DNA of 25,282 bases. Origin: a virus. Lineage: Duplodnaviria > Caudoviricetes. Of this stretch, positions 16,667-25,282 are shown one piece after another. The stretch is from positions 1 to 25,282 of IMG/VR virus record IMGVR_UViG_3300037855_000080. The stretch is one strand, 5' to 3'. Both the position numbers and the translations under genes were made by a program. Every line of letters starts with the position of its first letter. Position 1 is the first letter of the stretch. The notes below the pieces were generated by a model that was not told the DNA's origin, did no database searches, and was given only the letters and a program-made list of their open reading frames with translations.

Positions 16667-16974
16667 GCCGGTGTTGCCTCAATGGTCCAGATCAGCCGCT
16701 CGCGATCACGCAGGGGTTCGCCTTGGATCAAGAAGGTTTCTTCGCCAAAGAGGATCTGTTCATCGGGGCGGGGCGCGGGTAGCTCGGAGACGCGTACATC
16801 AAAGCGCATCGTTTCCGAGACCAGACGCGCGGCTCCGAACGTGGTCACATCATCATGGCGACGCGGGATAATGCGGATACGGCTGAACTGCCCTTCGCTG
16901 TCACGATACCAAGCATCATGGGCAAGGTTCGGATCAGCGAAGAGAAGTTCAAGGGCTGCAAGGAATGCCGTCAT
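16663..16974 (-). CDS. Head-tail joining protein (gpFII-like)
   Basis: 103 aa directly after the capsid gene; P.PDEQI..GEETFLIQGEP.RD..W pattern. Confidence 0.75.
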   Translation of the reverse strand: MTAFLAALELLFADPNLAHDAWYRDSEGQFSRIRIIPRRHDDVTTFGAARLVSETMRFDVRVSELPAPRPDEQILFGEETFLIQGEPLRDRERLIWTIEATPA

Positions 16975-16986
16975 ACCCGTTCAACC

Positions 16987-18009
16987 TCAGTTGCCTGATT
17001 GCAGGCGGATCGCCATGCGCGGCCGCTTGTTGACCGGCAGGATCGAGCTTTCCGTCATCAGATCAATCCAGCGGCCTTTAGCGTCGATCATCTGGCGGGC
17101 ATAGAGCGGCAGGCCGATGGTGTTGGCAGTCTCGAGTAGGTTGGCAGGGCCGCCATAGGTGGTGAAAGTGTCAAAGGTGCCAAGCGGAAAAGCGATCCCT
17201 TCGCCAGCGGGGATCAGCCGTTCTGATGTGCCGTTCGAGAGTGTGACGGAGCCATTATATTCCTCAAACAGCATGCCGGCGAAGGGGAAGGCGCGGCGCA
17301 TATCTTCGCGCAGCGGCTGGCCACCGGTGGCAGAGAAGAACTTGTAGGCCTCTTCGGTCTTGGGATGACTGATCAGCTTGTCGAAGAACTCCGAGCTGAC
17401 CAGTGCATGCGCGGTGGTCATTGTCTCGCCCAGCAGGTTGTCTTCCATGGCGCGCAGAACGCTGCGGACCTTCCCCTGCACATTGGTGCCGGCGGTGCCG
17501 AACACGAAGTCGACCGAGATCTTCTCCAGACCGAACTCACTGAAATAGTCGTAAAGCGTGGTGCCGGCACCGTCCTTCACGATGCCACGCAGCGCATTCA
17601 TCTCCATGTATTCGCGGGTCTGGGCATGTTTGCGGCGCATGAGCGTCAGCTTGCGGTTCATCACCTCGACCAGCGGGTCGGCCGCGTCCGACAAACCCAG
17701 CGCGGGCATGCCCTGGATATCAGCGGGCAAAATCACATCGTCATGTGGGATCCACGGCAGGGCGAAGCTGCGCATCGAACGTTGCTCGCGGTTCCCAACG
17801 GTGGCGGGTGCGCCCAGTGGGACGGAGGGCAGAAGGCTCAGGACGCCTTCGCGCTGTTCGATCACGATGGAGCGTTGCGTGACGCCCTCAAAGCGGAACA
17901 GGCCGATCTGGCCCAGCCGGGTGTAGAGATTGGGCAGGATATTGATGGCCTGCGTCATCTCGGCGAGCGAATAGCCGCCCGCGTCAAACGGGTTGCGGGT
18001 GATGGTCAT
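16987..18009 (-). CDS. Major capsid protein (lambda gpE family)
   Basis: 340 aa from ATG at 18009 (MTITRNPF) with GGAG RBS; TREYMEMNALRG and TESSILPVNKRP motifs. Confidence 0.92.
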   Translation of the reverse strand: MTITRNPFDAGGYSLAEMTQAINILPNLYTRLGQIGLFRFEGVTQRSIVIEQREGVLSLLPSVPLGAPATVGNREQRSMRSFALPWIPHDDVILPADIQGMPALGLSDAADPLVEVMNRKLTLMRRKHAQTREYMEMNALRGIVKDGAGTTLYDYFSEFGLEKISVDFVFGTAGTNVQGKVRSVLRAMEDNLLGETMTTAHALVSSEFFDKLISHPKTEEAYKFFSATGGQPLREDMRRAFPFAGMLFEEYNGSVTLSNGTSERLIPAGEGIAFPLGTFDTFTTYGGPANLLETANTIGLPLYARQMIDAKGRWIDLMTESSILPVNKRPRMAIRLQSGN

Positions 18010-18076
18010 GGGGAAACTCCGGAGAATGAGGGGGTGATATGCGCAAGCGCAATGATGAGAAGGGAGATCTGCCGGA

Positions 18077-18457
18077 TCAGGCGGTCTCGCGCGGGATGAT
18101 GCCCAGCGCAGCGAGCTGGCCGTGCTTGGTGGCAATCTTCGCTGCGTCATCGACGGTGGCGTCAAACACAAGCGCCGATTTTGAGACGATGGCGGGTCCT
18201 CGCACGATAACCAATCCTGCCGCGTCAGCGGACGTGGCATCAGCTGCGTAGAGCAGAACAGCCGCTGCGGTTTGCGCGCCATCCGTGCCACCCGAGGTCG
18301 CAAGTTTGTATTTGCCACTGGCGGTAATCCGGCCGAGCACGGCGCCAACGGGATAGGCGGCGCCTGCCAGCAGGGTGATCGTTTCGCGGGTGAAGTTTGG
18401 GTTGAGCTCGTATTTGAGGACATCGCCCATGGAGGGCGGTTGGGTCAGCACGGACAT
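18077..18457 (-). CDS. Head decoration protein (gpD-like)
   Basis: 126 aa; GAVLGRITASGKY..DGAQTAAAVL..LAALGII motifs; GGAG RBS. Confidence 0.88.
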   Translation of the reverse strand: MSVLTQPPSMGDVLKYELNPNFTRETITLLAGAAYPVGAVLGRITASGKYKLATSGGTDGAQTAAAVLLYAADATSADAAGLVIVRGPAIVSKSALVFDATVDDAAKIATKHGQLAALGIIPRETA

Positions 18458-18483
18458 GGGGTATCTCCGAAGATATGGGGGAC

Positions 18484-18521
18484 AAAAAGAAATCCCCCGC
18501 CGGGGAGGAGCAGCGGGGGAT
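18484..18521 (-). terminator. Terminator-like hairpin between the protease/scaffold and decoration genes
   Basis: Minus strand ATCCCCCGC-12 nt-GCGGGGGAT followed by TTCTTTTT. Confidence 0.55.
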
Positions 18522-18556
18522 CAGGTGGGCGGTCAGGTATCAGGGTGGTAAGCGCT

Positions 18557-19024
18557 TCAGTGCCGACTGCCGGCTGAGGCAGCTTTCTTTGCGGCAGCCA
18601 CAATCGGGCTCTCTGCGTTTTTTGGGATAATCGGCGAAGGTGATGCTGCGACGATATCGCGGGCATCGGCTGCGGCGCTGGCGCGCTCCAGAACTAGCCG
18701 ACGTAAGGCTTCTGGGGCGGTGCCTTCGCGGAGTGCTTTCGCAGCATCAATTGCAATGCCGAGGCGACCGGCCTGTGCTGCGATGTCCGTGATTTCTGCT
18801 GCCGCTTCGCGCAGTTGCGCCGATAGCTCTGCCAGATTGCTCGGTTGCTTTGCCGTTGGCGTCTGCGTGGGCGCCGCAGCTGTTGGTGCGGGTTCCAATT
18901 GTTGCTGGGGCTCCGCGCCGGGATCAGGCAGTGGGTCTGATGTTTCATCTGGGTTTTCCTGTGCGAAGTCTTTGGTCTCGGTGAAGTCTTCGCTGTCCTG
19001 TGCGGTATTTGTGTTGGCGCTCAT
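18557..19024 (-). CDS. Nested scaffolding protein (Nu3-like), in-frame internal start
   Basis: AAAGGAG RBS then ATG at 19024 (MSANTNTAQ), in frame with the protease; 155 aa, acidic/Pro-rich then helical. Confidence 0.7.
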   Translation of the reverse strand: MSANTNTAQDSEDFTETKDFAQENPDETSDPLPDPGAEPQQQLEPAPTAAAPTQTPTAKQPSNLAELSAQLREAAAEITDIAAQAGRLGIAIDAAKALREGTAPEALRRLVLERASAAADARDIVAASPSPIIPKNAESPIVAAAKKAASAGSRH

Positions 19025-19987
19025 GGCGGTCTCCTTTGGTCGGGGATGAGTTGCGCGGGGCAGCCGCGCGGTCGACGATGGGCTCGACAGGCTTTCTCGG
19101 AAGCGGACGAAGCCGCGTGTGAGATCGATAACTTCATCGGCCAAGCCAGCGCTGATGGCCTCCACCCCGCGAAAGGTCGCGGCTTCGGTTGCAAGCGCAG
19201 CCTCCTGGCTCAGACGTCCAGCGCGGCCGGCGGCAACGGTCTCGGAAAAGAGAAACCGCAGCACATCGATCTCGCGCTGGATGTCGGCACGAACCCCGTC
19301 TGGCAGCGGCGTGTAGGGATTGCCATCAACCTTGTGCACACCGGAGTGGATCAGCGTGACGCGCATGCCATCCTGATCAAGCTGGCCACTCATATCGGCA
19401 TGCATCACAACAACACCGATGCTTCCGACAGCGCCAGTGCGCGGTAGCAAGATCCGATCAGCCTGACTGGCCAGCGCGTAGCCCGCCGAGAAAGCGTGTT
19501 CAGCCACAAAGGCCCAGACCGGTTTGGTCGCGCGGAGGGCACGAATGCGATCTGCCAGATCAAAAACACCAGCGACTTCGCCGCCAAAACTATCAATTTC
19601 CAAGGCGACGCCGCGCACCGCCGGATCACCTGCTGCCTCATCAATCTGGGCCGCGATCCCCTCATAGCTGGTCTGGCCCGACGACTGCCCGATCCAGCTG
19701 CCCCGGTGAATCAGCACGCCCGCGATCTCGATCACGGCGATGCCATCCACAACCGGGTAGGGCGTGTCGCTATGTTGGCGCAGGCGCTCGGTGAGGTTCC
19801 CTGCGAGAATGCTTGCGCGAGCGGGTAGGGCGGCGGTACCGGGCGCATCGGTCACATCACTGCCTGACAGCTCAACCTGTCGTCCAAGGATGCGCGGCCC
19901 AAGGCCTGACAGAAACGCCATCGCTTTGGAGGGTTCAACCAGCAGCGGCGTGTTGAACGCGCGCGCGGCAATGCGGGCATGAAGCAT
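18557..19987 (-). CDS. Prohead protease, S49 family (lambda gpC-like)
   Basis: 476 aa; IDSFGGEV, AFSAGYALASQAD, GSIGVV, HKVDGNPY motifs. Confidence 0.92.
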   Translation of the reverse strand: MLHARIAARAFNTPLLVEPSKAMAFLSGLGPRILGRQVELSGSDVTDAPGTAALPARASILAGNLTERLRQHSDTPYPVVDGIAVIEIAGVLIHRGSWIGQSSGQTSYEGIAAQIDEAAGDPAVRGVALEIDSFGGEVAGVFDLADRIRALRATKPVWAFVAEHAFSAGYALASQADRILLPRTGAVGSIGVVVMHADMSGQLDQDGMRVTLIHSGVHKVDGNPYTPLPDGVRADIQREIDVLRFLFSETVAAGRAGRLSQEAALATEAATFRGVEAISAGLADEVIDLTRGFVRFRESLSSPSSTARLPRATHPRPKETAMSANTNTAQDSEDFTETKDFAQENPDETSDPLPDPGAEPQQQLEPAPTAAAPTQTPTAKQPSNLAELSAQLREAAAEITDIAAQAGRLGIAIDAAKALREGTAPEALRRLVLERASAAADARDIVAASPSPIIPKNAESPIVAAAKKAASAGSRH

Positions 19988-21507
19988 CAGGATTGGTCCT
20001 CTTCGGTGCGAGAACGCGCTGTCACGTCATCGGCTGTGTGATCGCTGCCATCATCATCATCTTCGCTGTCGCTGTCGTTGTCGTTGACCGGCACTGCCTG
20101 CACGCCCTGCGCAGGAGAGCCCGGGCGGCGGAAATCGAGGCCGAGCGCGCGCTCGCGGGCCCTTTCGGCCGCGATTTCGCGGTCGACCTGCTCGGCGTCG
20201 TAGCCGCGCTCGGCGATGGCTTGGGTTCGGGATTTGAGGCCCGCCTCGATCGAGGCGATTTCGGCATTGGCGTCCTTGAGCGGATCGACCCAATCCCATT
20301 TCGTGGGCAGCCAATCCGCAGTGAGTAGCCCCGCGCGGTTAGCTTCATAGCCGGGCAGGGTCAGCGCGCCTGATAGCACGGCGGCATCCATCCAGCGCGC
20401 ATAGACGGGGCGGCAGAGTTGATACACCATCACCGAATGCTGCCAGGCAGAAACACGCCGTCGGAACTCGATGAGGGCGAGCCGCGAGTTCGAGAAATTC
20501 CCCTTTACCATATCATTGGCGATGTAGGGGTAGGGGATGCCAAGTGCAGCTGAGATTTGCAGCAAGGTCCGATATTGGAATGGCTCATAGGTTCCACCGC
20601 TGTCGGCAGGCTGTCCGACGGTGACATCTTCGCCTGGATCCAGCCGCACGATCTGGCCCGGGCTGATTTCGACCCCGGCAGGCATCTCATCATCGTCGGC
20701 AGGGGTAAGGGGGTTCTCCGGCGCAGGCGAGGTGACAAACATTGCATACATCGCCGCAACCTTTTTACGGTCCAGTTCAGCATCGTCATACTGATCAAGC
20801 AGGAACAGCTTCACGATGGCTGGCGCCAGTTTCGATACACCGCGCAGCTGGCCGCCCTCGACGGGGTCGATTACGTGGATGACCTCAGATGCAGGCACGC
20901 GGACAATCTCACCTGCCAGTCCCGGATCGGTGCTGTCACCCGGGTGACGACGTAAGAAGTGATAGGCCACGCGCCGTCCAATCCGGTCGAACTCGATGCC
21001 CTGCCGGATGGCATTGCCGTTGGCAGCGATCCCCGTCTGTTCCAGCGGTAACATCTCCGCGGGTAGCATCTGCAGCTGCAAAGCCACGCTCAGCCCATCG
21101 CTTGGGCGGCGCATGCGGATGCGGAAAAACACTTCACCCGCCAGAAACACCTCGCGTGCTGCGCGGCGCTGCAATCCGTAGAAATCGGTCAGCCCCTCCG
21201 CATCAGCCTCGTCGGTCCATGCAAGCCAGAGGCGCTGCAGCTCTTCCTTGCGCGCGGCGTCCCCTATTTTTGATATCGGCTTGATCCCGTCGCCCACGGT
21301 ATTCGCGGCCCAGCTTTCCACAGCGTTCACCGCATAGCCGTTATTGCGCACCAGCCAGCGCGCGCGGGCGGTGATGTCAGGACCAGAGGCTGCGATCAGC
21401 GCGTTGACATGGGCCCGTGTTGCCTGGAACCCGCGCAGGCGCCGATGATGCTGGCCGGCATCGAACCCACCGATGAAAGCGCCAAGGCGCTGCCGCCAGT
21501 TCATCAC
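19987..21507 (-). CDS. Portal protein, lambda family
   Basis: 506 aa; RARWLVRNNGYA, GIEFDRIGRRVAYH, GQLRGVS, NFSNSR, WVDPLKD motifs. Confidence 0.95.
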   Translation of the reverse strand: MMNWRQRLGAFIGGFDAGQHHRRLRGFQATRAHVNALIAASGPDITARARWLVRNNGYAVNAVESWAANTVGDGIKPISKIGDAARKEELQRLWLAWTDEADAEGLTDFYGLQRRAAREVFLAGEVFFRIRMRRPSDGLSVALQLQMLPAEMLPLEQTGIAANGNAIRQGIEFDRIGRRVAYHFLRRHPGDSTDPGLAGEIVRVPASEVIHVIDPVEGGQLRGVSKLAPAIVKLFLLDQYDDAELDRKKVAAMYAMFVTSPAPENPLTPADDDEMPAGVEISPGQIVRLDPGEDVTVGQPADSGGTYEPFQYRTLLQISAALGIPYPYIANDMVKGNFSNSRLALIEFRRRVSAWQHSVMVYQLCRPVYARWMDAAVLSGALTLPGYEANRAGLLTADWLPTKWDWVDPLKDANAEIASIEAGLKSRTQAIAERGYDAEQVDREIAAERARERALGLDFRRPGSPAQGVQAVPVNDNDSDSEDDDDGSDHTADDVTARSRTEEDQS

Positions 21508-21728
21508 AGATCCTTCACGGCATATGGGCGCATGATGCGCCCGGCGCCGCGTTCCAGTTTTGCGATGCGGCGCTCAACATCGCCAATTGCGGCTGCCAAC
21601 TCGGCATCAGTGCCATAGGTCACGGTCTTGCCGTCATAGCTGACAGAACGCGTGCCGCTGTAGCGCGCAGCCAGCAGCGCGCCGTGTCGAGATTTGAGAT
21701 CATCGAGGGTCATGAGAGTTCCGGTCAT
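21504..21728 (-). CDS. Head-tail joining protein (gpW-like)
   Basis: 74 aa between TerL and portal; G.RSVSYDGKTVTY..EL..AI motif; the start may instead be the later MTLDD ATG. Confidence 0.85.
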   Translation of the reverse strand: MTGTLMTLDDLKSRHGALLAARYSGTRSVSYDGKTVTYGTDAELAAAIGDVERRIAKLERGAGRIMRPYAVKDL

Positions 21729-23770
21729 TCCATGTATCGGGGTGTGCTGATCTTCCAGCCGCGCCGTCTTGGCGTTGTCACTTGCCCGGCTTGGGGGCTG
21801 TTTGATCTCTCAGGTTCGCTGGTGGGTGCGACAGTCACGGTCTCAACACCTGCTTGCTTCTCGAGCTGCCGCCACATCCGCTCGTCGAAGCGATCTGCCC
21901 CAAGGATCCATGCGGCAGCCCGCGCATAAACGCGGGTATCCAGCGCCTCGTTGCGCTCGCGCAGCTTTTGCCATTCCTGACGGGCAAAGCCGCGCTTGTT
22001 GCGGATTGTTACGAGCTGTTCGCCCACCAGCTGTTTGAGCCATTCGCTGTCGACCCAGTCGGGCAGGTGGATCGTGCCTGCAGGATCAGCCACGCCCAGC
22101 GCACGATCTTCATTGCTCGGGCGCTCGATGCGCAGATACCGATAGGTCTCGGCCTTGAAGGTGGCTGTGGCCACCGTCCAGAGCCGCACGCCGCGCTTGA
22201 GCTTGCGGCCATTCACTGTGGCATCAACAAAGGTCGGCCCTGATACAGGCGTGGCGCGGTTGAACCCTTCCAAGCCTTTCACGGGCGCCACCTGTGCGAT
22301 CCCCTGCTTGCGCGCCCAGGCATAGACGGCTGCGGATTCGTAGCCGGTATCGATCGCCAGCTTTGCCAGCGTCATGATCGCACCGTTCTGGTGCGTCCAG
22401 GACCGGCCCAGCAGCGCGGTCAGCTTGTTCCAGCAAACCGGATCATCGGGCCCGCCCGGGATCATGATGTGATCTACCAGCCAGCTTTCCAGCCCGCGGC
22501 CCCAGGCCCAGACATCGACCTCGATCCGGTCTTTTTGCACATCGGCCCCGGCGGTCAGGAATAGCCCGCCCATCGGAACCTGCGCGGCAAACACCTCGCG
22601 CCGATCGGCCAGCCGCTGCCACTCGGGTGCCTCACCACTCTCCACCCAGGTCTCGCCCAACAGCGTGTTGCGCGCGGCGCGCAGCATCTCGTCTGAGCCT
22701 TGGGCCGCGAGCCAGTCCCGCGCGATCTGCTCCCAGCTTTTCCAGCCGATCGGAGAATAAAGCGCTGAGAGGTGGAACCCGATGGCATGCGGGTTGTCAG
22801 ACACGGCCGTCGCCCGCCATTCACCGCGCGCTAGCATGTCGGTTTTGTGGTGCTCGACGATGGGCTTCTCACAACCTTCACAATGGTACGCCGCCGTTTC
22901 TGGCTTCTCCTTTGCCCAGTGCAGCCGTTCGAACTGCAGCCACTGCATCGCACCACAATGCGGGCAGGGCACGAAATACCGCCGCTGGTCGCTGGCCTCG
23001 AACTCCCGCTCTATCCGGCTGAGCCCCCGGATCGTAGGCGTCGAGACCATGAACACCTTGCGTCTGTGCGCAAAGGTCGTTGTGCGAGCCTCGGCCAAGC
23101 TGACTGGATCACCCTCTTCATCGGCTGAAGCCGGATAGGCATCAACCTCATCCAGAAACACATAGCGCGCGGGCATTGACCGCAGGCCGGTTGCCGAGTT
23201 CGCACCGGTCAGCACAAGGATCCCGCCGGGGAATTCCTTCGACAACATCGAGTTGCCCGCATCTCGGGACCGCGCGGGCTGGACGCGCTCTTTCAGCGCG
23301 GGGCTGTCCTCAATCAGCGGATCAATCCGGCCGCGCGATGTGCGCTTGGCCATCTCAACAGTGGGCAGCACGGCCAGCATGGGCCCCGGCGCGTGGTGGA
23401 TAACAAAGCCGATCCAGTTGTTACCGGCCTCTGTGGCCCCAACCTGAGCAGCCTTCATGAACGTGATGCGCTGCGCCGGATGCCCGGGCGACAGCGCATC
23501 CATGATCGCGCGCAGGTATGGCGTTCGTGATGTGCGGTATTGTCCGGGTTCGGCCGAGGCCCGCGATGACAGTTTGCGATGCGCATCCGCCCATTGCGAC
23601 ACCGTCAGGTCCGGATCTGGCCGTATGCCACGCCGCCAGACACGCAGGATGTCCTCGGCGCCGTCAAAGCCGAGGTCGAGACCGTCGGTCAGGTCGTGGT
23701 CGTCTTCTCCATCTGTGTTATTCAAGCGAGACGCGGAGGTCTGCCAGGGCGTTGAGCTGCTCTCGGACAT
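21725..23770 (-). CDS. Terminase large subunit (GpA family)
   Basis: Walker A-like MKAAQVGATE, Walker B VFLDEVD, STPT motif, CPHC..HCEGC, GADVQ, RNEALD; start uncertain (a TTG at 23725 is an alternative). Confidence 0.95.
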   Translation of the reverse strand: MSESSSTPWQTSASRLNNTDGEDDHDLTDGLDLGFDGAEDILRVWRRGIRPDPDLTVSQWADAHRKLSSRASAEPGQYRTSRTPYLRAIMDALSPGHPAQRITFMKAAQVGATEAGNNWIGFVIHHAPGPMLAVLPTVEMAKRTSRGRIDPLIEDSPALKERVQPARSRDAGNSMLSKEFPGGILVLTGANSATGLRSMPARYVFLDEVDAYPASADEEGDPVSLAEARTTTFAHRRKVFMVSTPTIRGLSRIEREFEASDQRRYFVPCPHCGAMQWLQFERLHWAKEKPETAAYHCEGCEKPIVEHHKTDMLARGEWRATAVSDNPHAIGFHLSALYSPIGWKSWEQIARDWLAAQGSDEMLRAARNTLLGETWVESGEAPEWQRLADRREVFAAQVPMGGLFLTAGADVQKDRIEVDVWAWGRGLESWLVDHIMIPGGPDDPVCWNKLTALLGRSWTHQNGAIMTLAKLAIDTGYESAAVYAWARKQGIAQVAPVKGLEGFNRATPVSGPTFVDATVNGRKLKRGVRLWTVATATFKAETYRYLRIERPSNEDRALGVADPAGTIHLPDWVDSEWLKQLVGEQLVTIRNKRGFARQEWQKLRERNEALDTRVYARAAAWILGADRFDERMWRQLEKQAGVETVTVAPTSEPERSNSPQAGQVTTPRRRGWKISTPRYME

Positions 23771-24287
23771 GGGTTTCCAGCACCCTTTGCAGGATCGCAG
23801 TCTCGATTGTCACGGGCACCCCCGATACCTTCTCCATCTCTGCGGATAATTGCGCGGCCATCAGGGCGGATACGCGGGTGGGCCAAGTGACCCAAGTATC
23901 GCGCTCCTGGCGCGCCAGTCGAAACACCAGCGTTTCCGCCCGTGCGCGGTCAACCAGCACGCCTTTCTTGCGCTGGATCGACAGTTGCCGCTCCTGGGCT
24001 TGGTAAACCGTCAGCGCAGTGCGCGCCTTCAGATAGGACGTGCTCTCGCCTGGGCCGGAGACGCTGCCGCCCCCGATCACTCCACCATCGCCCCCAGCGC
24101 CCAACCCACCCCGCGAGCGCATCTGCTGGTCAGGATCGGTCATCTCGCCACGGCGTGCATCCGAGGCCTGCGCATTGATCGATCCGTCTGCAAACAGCAC
24201 CAACCGGCCGTTCTTACGAGCCTTCTGCACGGCCCCGCGCGAGAGGCCCGTGTGCTCGGCATAGGCGCGTTCAGACAGTCCTTCCAT
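23718..24287 (-). CDS. Terminase small subunit (Nu1-like)
   Basis: 189 aa; N-terminal HTH LSERAYAEHTGLSRGAVQKARKNGRL; helical region with KKGVLVDRA; directly upstream of TerL. Confidence 0.8.
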   Translation of the reverse strand: MEGLSERAYAEHTGLSRGAVQKARKNGRLVLFADGSINAQASDARRGEMTDPDQQMRSRGGLGAGGDGGVIGGGSVSGPGESTSYLKARTALTVYQAQERQLSIQRKKGVLVDRARAETLVFRLARQERDTWVTWPTRVSALMAAQLSAEMEKVSGVPVTIETAILQRVLETHVREQLNALADLRVSLE

Positions 24288-24344
24288 GGCGATTGGTTTG
24301 ACCTCAACACATTGTAAATAAACAGGAATAACGATCTAATTGAG

Positions 24345-24373
24345 TTGATTACACTCCGCGATAGAGCGATTCT
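24345..24373 (+). promoter_or_regulatory. Candidate sigma70 promoter for the rightward small-gene operon
   Basis: TTGATT, 17 nt spacer, GATTCT, preceded by an AT-rich tract; GGAG RBS before the ATG at 24410. Confidence 0.45.
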
Positions 24374-24409
24374 AGTCTCACGCAGACACGCTTTACCGGA
24401 GACAAAAAA

Positions 24410-24592
24410 ATGACCCTTGCAGAACGCTACAACGCTGAAGCCCAACGCCTGATGCCACACATGGCAGAGGATCTCGCAGTTGACGCTGGGATCGATAATG
24501 CGGGGCACATCGACGAGATTGTTTTCCGCCGCAGCGAATATCTCGGCGGTATGGCGGCGGTTCTCCTTGCGCTGCTCGACCAGCACAAGTGA
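24410..24592 (+). CDS. Hypothetical protein
   Basis: 60 aa; GGAG RBS; acidic and helical. Confidence 0.75.
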   Translation: MTLAERYNAEAQRLMPHMAEDLAVDAGIDNAGHIDEIVFRRSEYLGGMAAVLLALLDQHK

Positions 24593-24602
24593 GGGCGATC
24601 CA

Positions 24603-24884
24603 ATGAGCACCCGCGCACAAATCGCCATCCAGACCGGGCCCAACGTATGGGCTCATATATACTGCCACTTCGACGGCTATCCCTCTCACATGCTGCCAGC
24701 GCTGGCCCGTTGGACGCCTGAGGACATTCTTGCCGCCCGCGAAATCCGCCACGTCAGCACTGACGCGCTCGATTGTTTCGCTCCGCCCCGCGCGCCGGTG
24801 ATCTATCCCGAACCGCGCTGCGACTTCTGCCACACCTATGTCTTCTCGCAGGGCCGCTGGATTCAATGGGGAGCCGGCCGATGA
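24603..24884 (+). CDS. Hypothetical phage protein with IYCHxDGYP motif
   Basis: 93 aa from ATG at 24603 (MSTRAQIAI) with GAGG RBS; the MSTR..IYCHFDGYP pattern is recalled from small phage proteins. Confidence 0.75.
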   Translation: MSTRAQIAIQTGPNVWAHIYCHFDGYPSHMLPALARWTPEDILAAREIRHVSTDALDCFAPPRAPVIYPEPRCDFCHTYVFSQGRWIQWGAGR

Positions 24885-25282
24885 CCGCCCCAGACATTCT
24901 GCCCAGCCGCAACGAGGATTACGGCTTCTTTCGCGCCATGACTGTTTGCCCTTTGCGCGACTGCCGCAGCGCCGAGGTCTGGGCGCTCGCTTCTACCATG
25001 ATCGCAGTGGCCATCCGCGCCGCTAGCGAGGACGAGATGATTGGCATTCGCGACTTTCTCGATAGCCGCATGGGCCGCCACTTTGCGGACGATCTGGTCG
25101 GCAACATGATGGGCTGCAACATTGGGCTCGAGCCCGTCATAACGTCCACAATCCGCCGCTGGCAGGACTGGCGCATCAGCCGCCAGACCGAGCATGAGGA
25201 GGGGATCCCCACAGGGCTGCCCTACCTGGCAGGCTGGGTTCAACACTTCGCAATCACCGCCGCCATGGCCGAGCCTGACTGA
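24881..25282 (+). CDS. Hypothetical protein
   Basis: 133 aa from ATG at 24881 (MTAPDILPSRNEDYGFF), ATGA overlap; IRDFLDSRMGRHFAD motif. Confidence 0.75.
   Translation: MTAPDILPSRNEDYGFFRAMTVCPLRDCRSAEVWALASTMIAVAIRAASEDEMIGIRDFLDSRMGRHFADDLVGNMMGCNIGLEPVITSTIRRWQDWRISRQTEHEEGIPTGLPYLAGWVQHFAITAAMAEPD

Larger units (their letters stand above)
586..24287 (-). mobile_element. Prophage late region (lambda-like siphovirus head, tail, lysis and fibre modules); element boundaries not in view
   Basis: Co-oriented, tightly coupled (ATGA/TGATG overlaps) terminase-portal-protease-capsid-tail-lysis gene order. Confidence 0.95.

Noticed and set aside
20040-20090. Short TCA/TGTCG microsatellite-like run
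   Set aside because: It encodes the acidic low-complexity tail of the portal protein and gives no sign of phase variation
7312-24287. Gene transfer agent (RcGTA-like) cluster
   Set aside because: The head module is lambda-type (GpA terminase, gpW, lambda portal, S49 protease, gpD, gpE) with an 820 aa tape measure and linked lysis genes, unlike the HK97-type, short-tailed RcGTA cluster
7049-24317. Many long plus-strand ORFs (e.g. 8899..9774, 11237..12106, 13535..14671, 17365..18099)
   Set aside because: Antisense shadows of GC-rich phage genes with no recognisable motifs
1-25282. tRNA, rRNA, CRISPR array, IS element or att site
   Set aside because: None recognised; intergenic spaces are short and lack the required repeats or structures

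Overview
The window is almost entirely the late (morphogenesis and lysis) operon of a lambda-type siphoviral prophage on the minus strand. It is GC-rich and resembles alphaproteobacterial (Rhodobacteraceae-like) prophages; that host assignment is an inference. Gene order from right to left: TerS, TerL (GpA), gpW, lambda-type portal, S49 protease with a nested scaffold start, decoration protein, major capsid, head-tail and tail-completion genes, tail tube, G/GT chaperone with a -1 frameshift signal, tape measure, distal tail, hub, NlpC/P60-like tip protein, central tail-tip protein, a tiny fibre anchor, holin, endolysin and overlapping spanins. An antisense UPF0149/SEC-C gene follows, then a fibre/adhesin cassette that sits downstream of the lysis genes. 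That cassette is the most unusual part. Three proteins end in the same (L/I)(D/N)GGx(F/Y) peptide, two begin with the same Mtd-N-like domain, and the chain ends in a T-even gp38-like polyglycine adhesin split into two ORFs. Plus-strand accessory genes flank both ends. No integrase, repressor, replication, RNA or CRISPR features are visible. All family assignments come from recognising motifs and synteny by eye, not from database searches.
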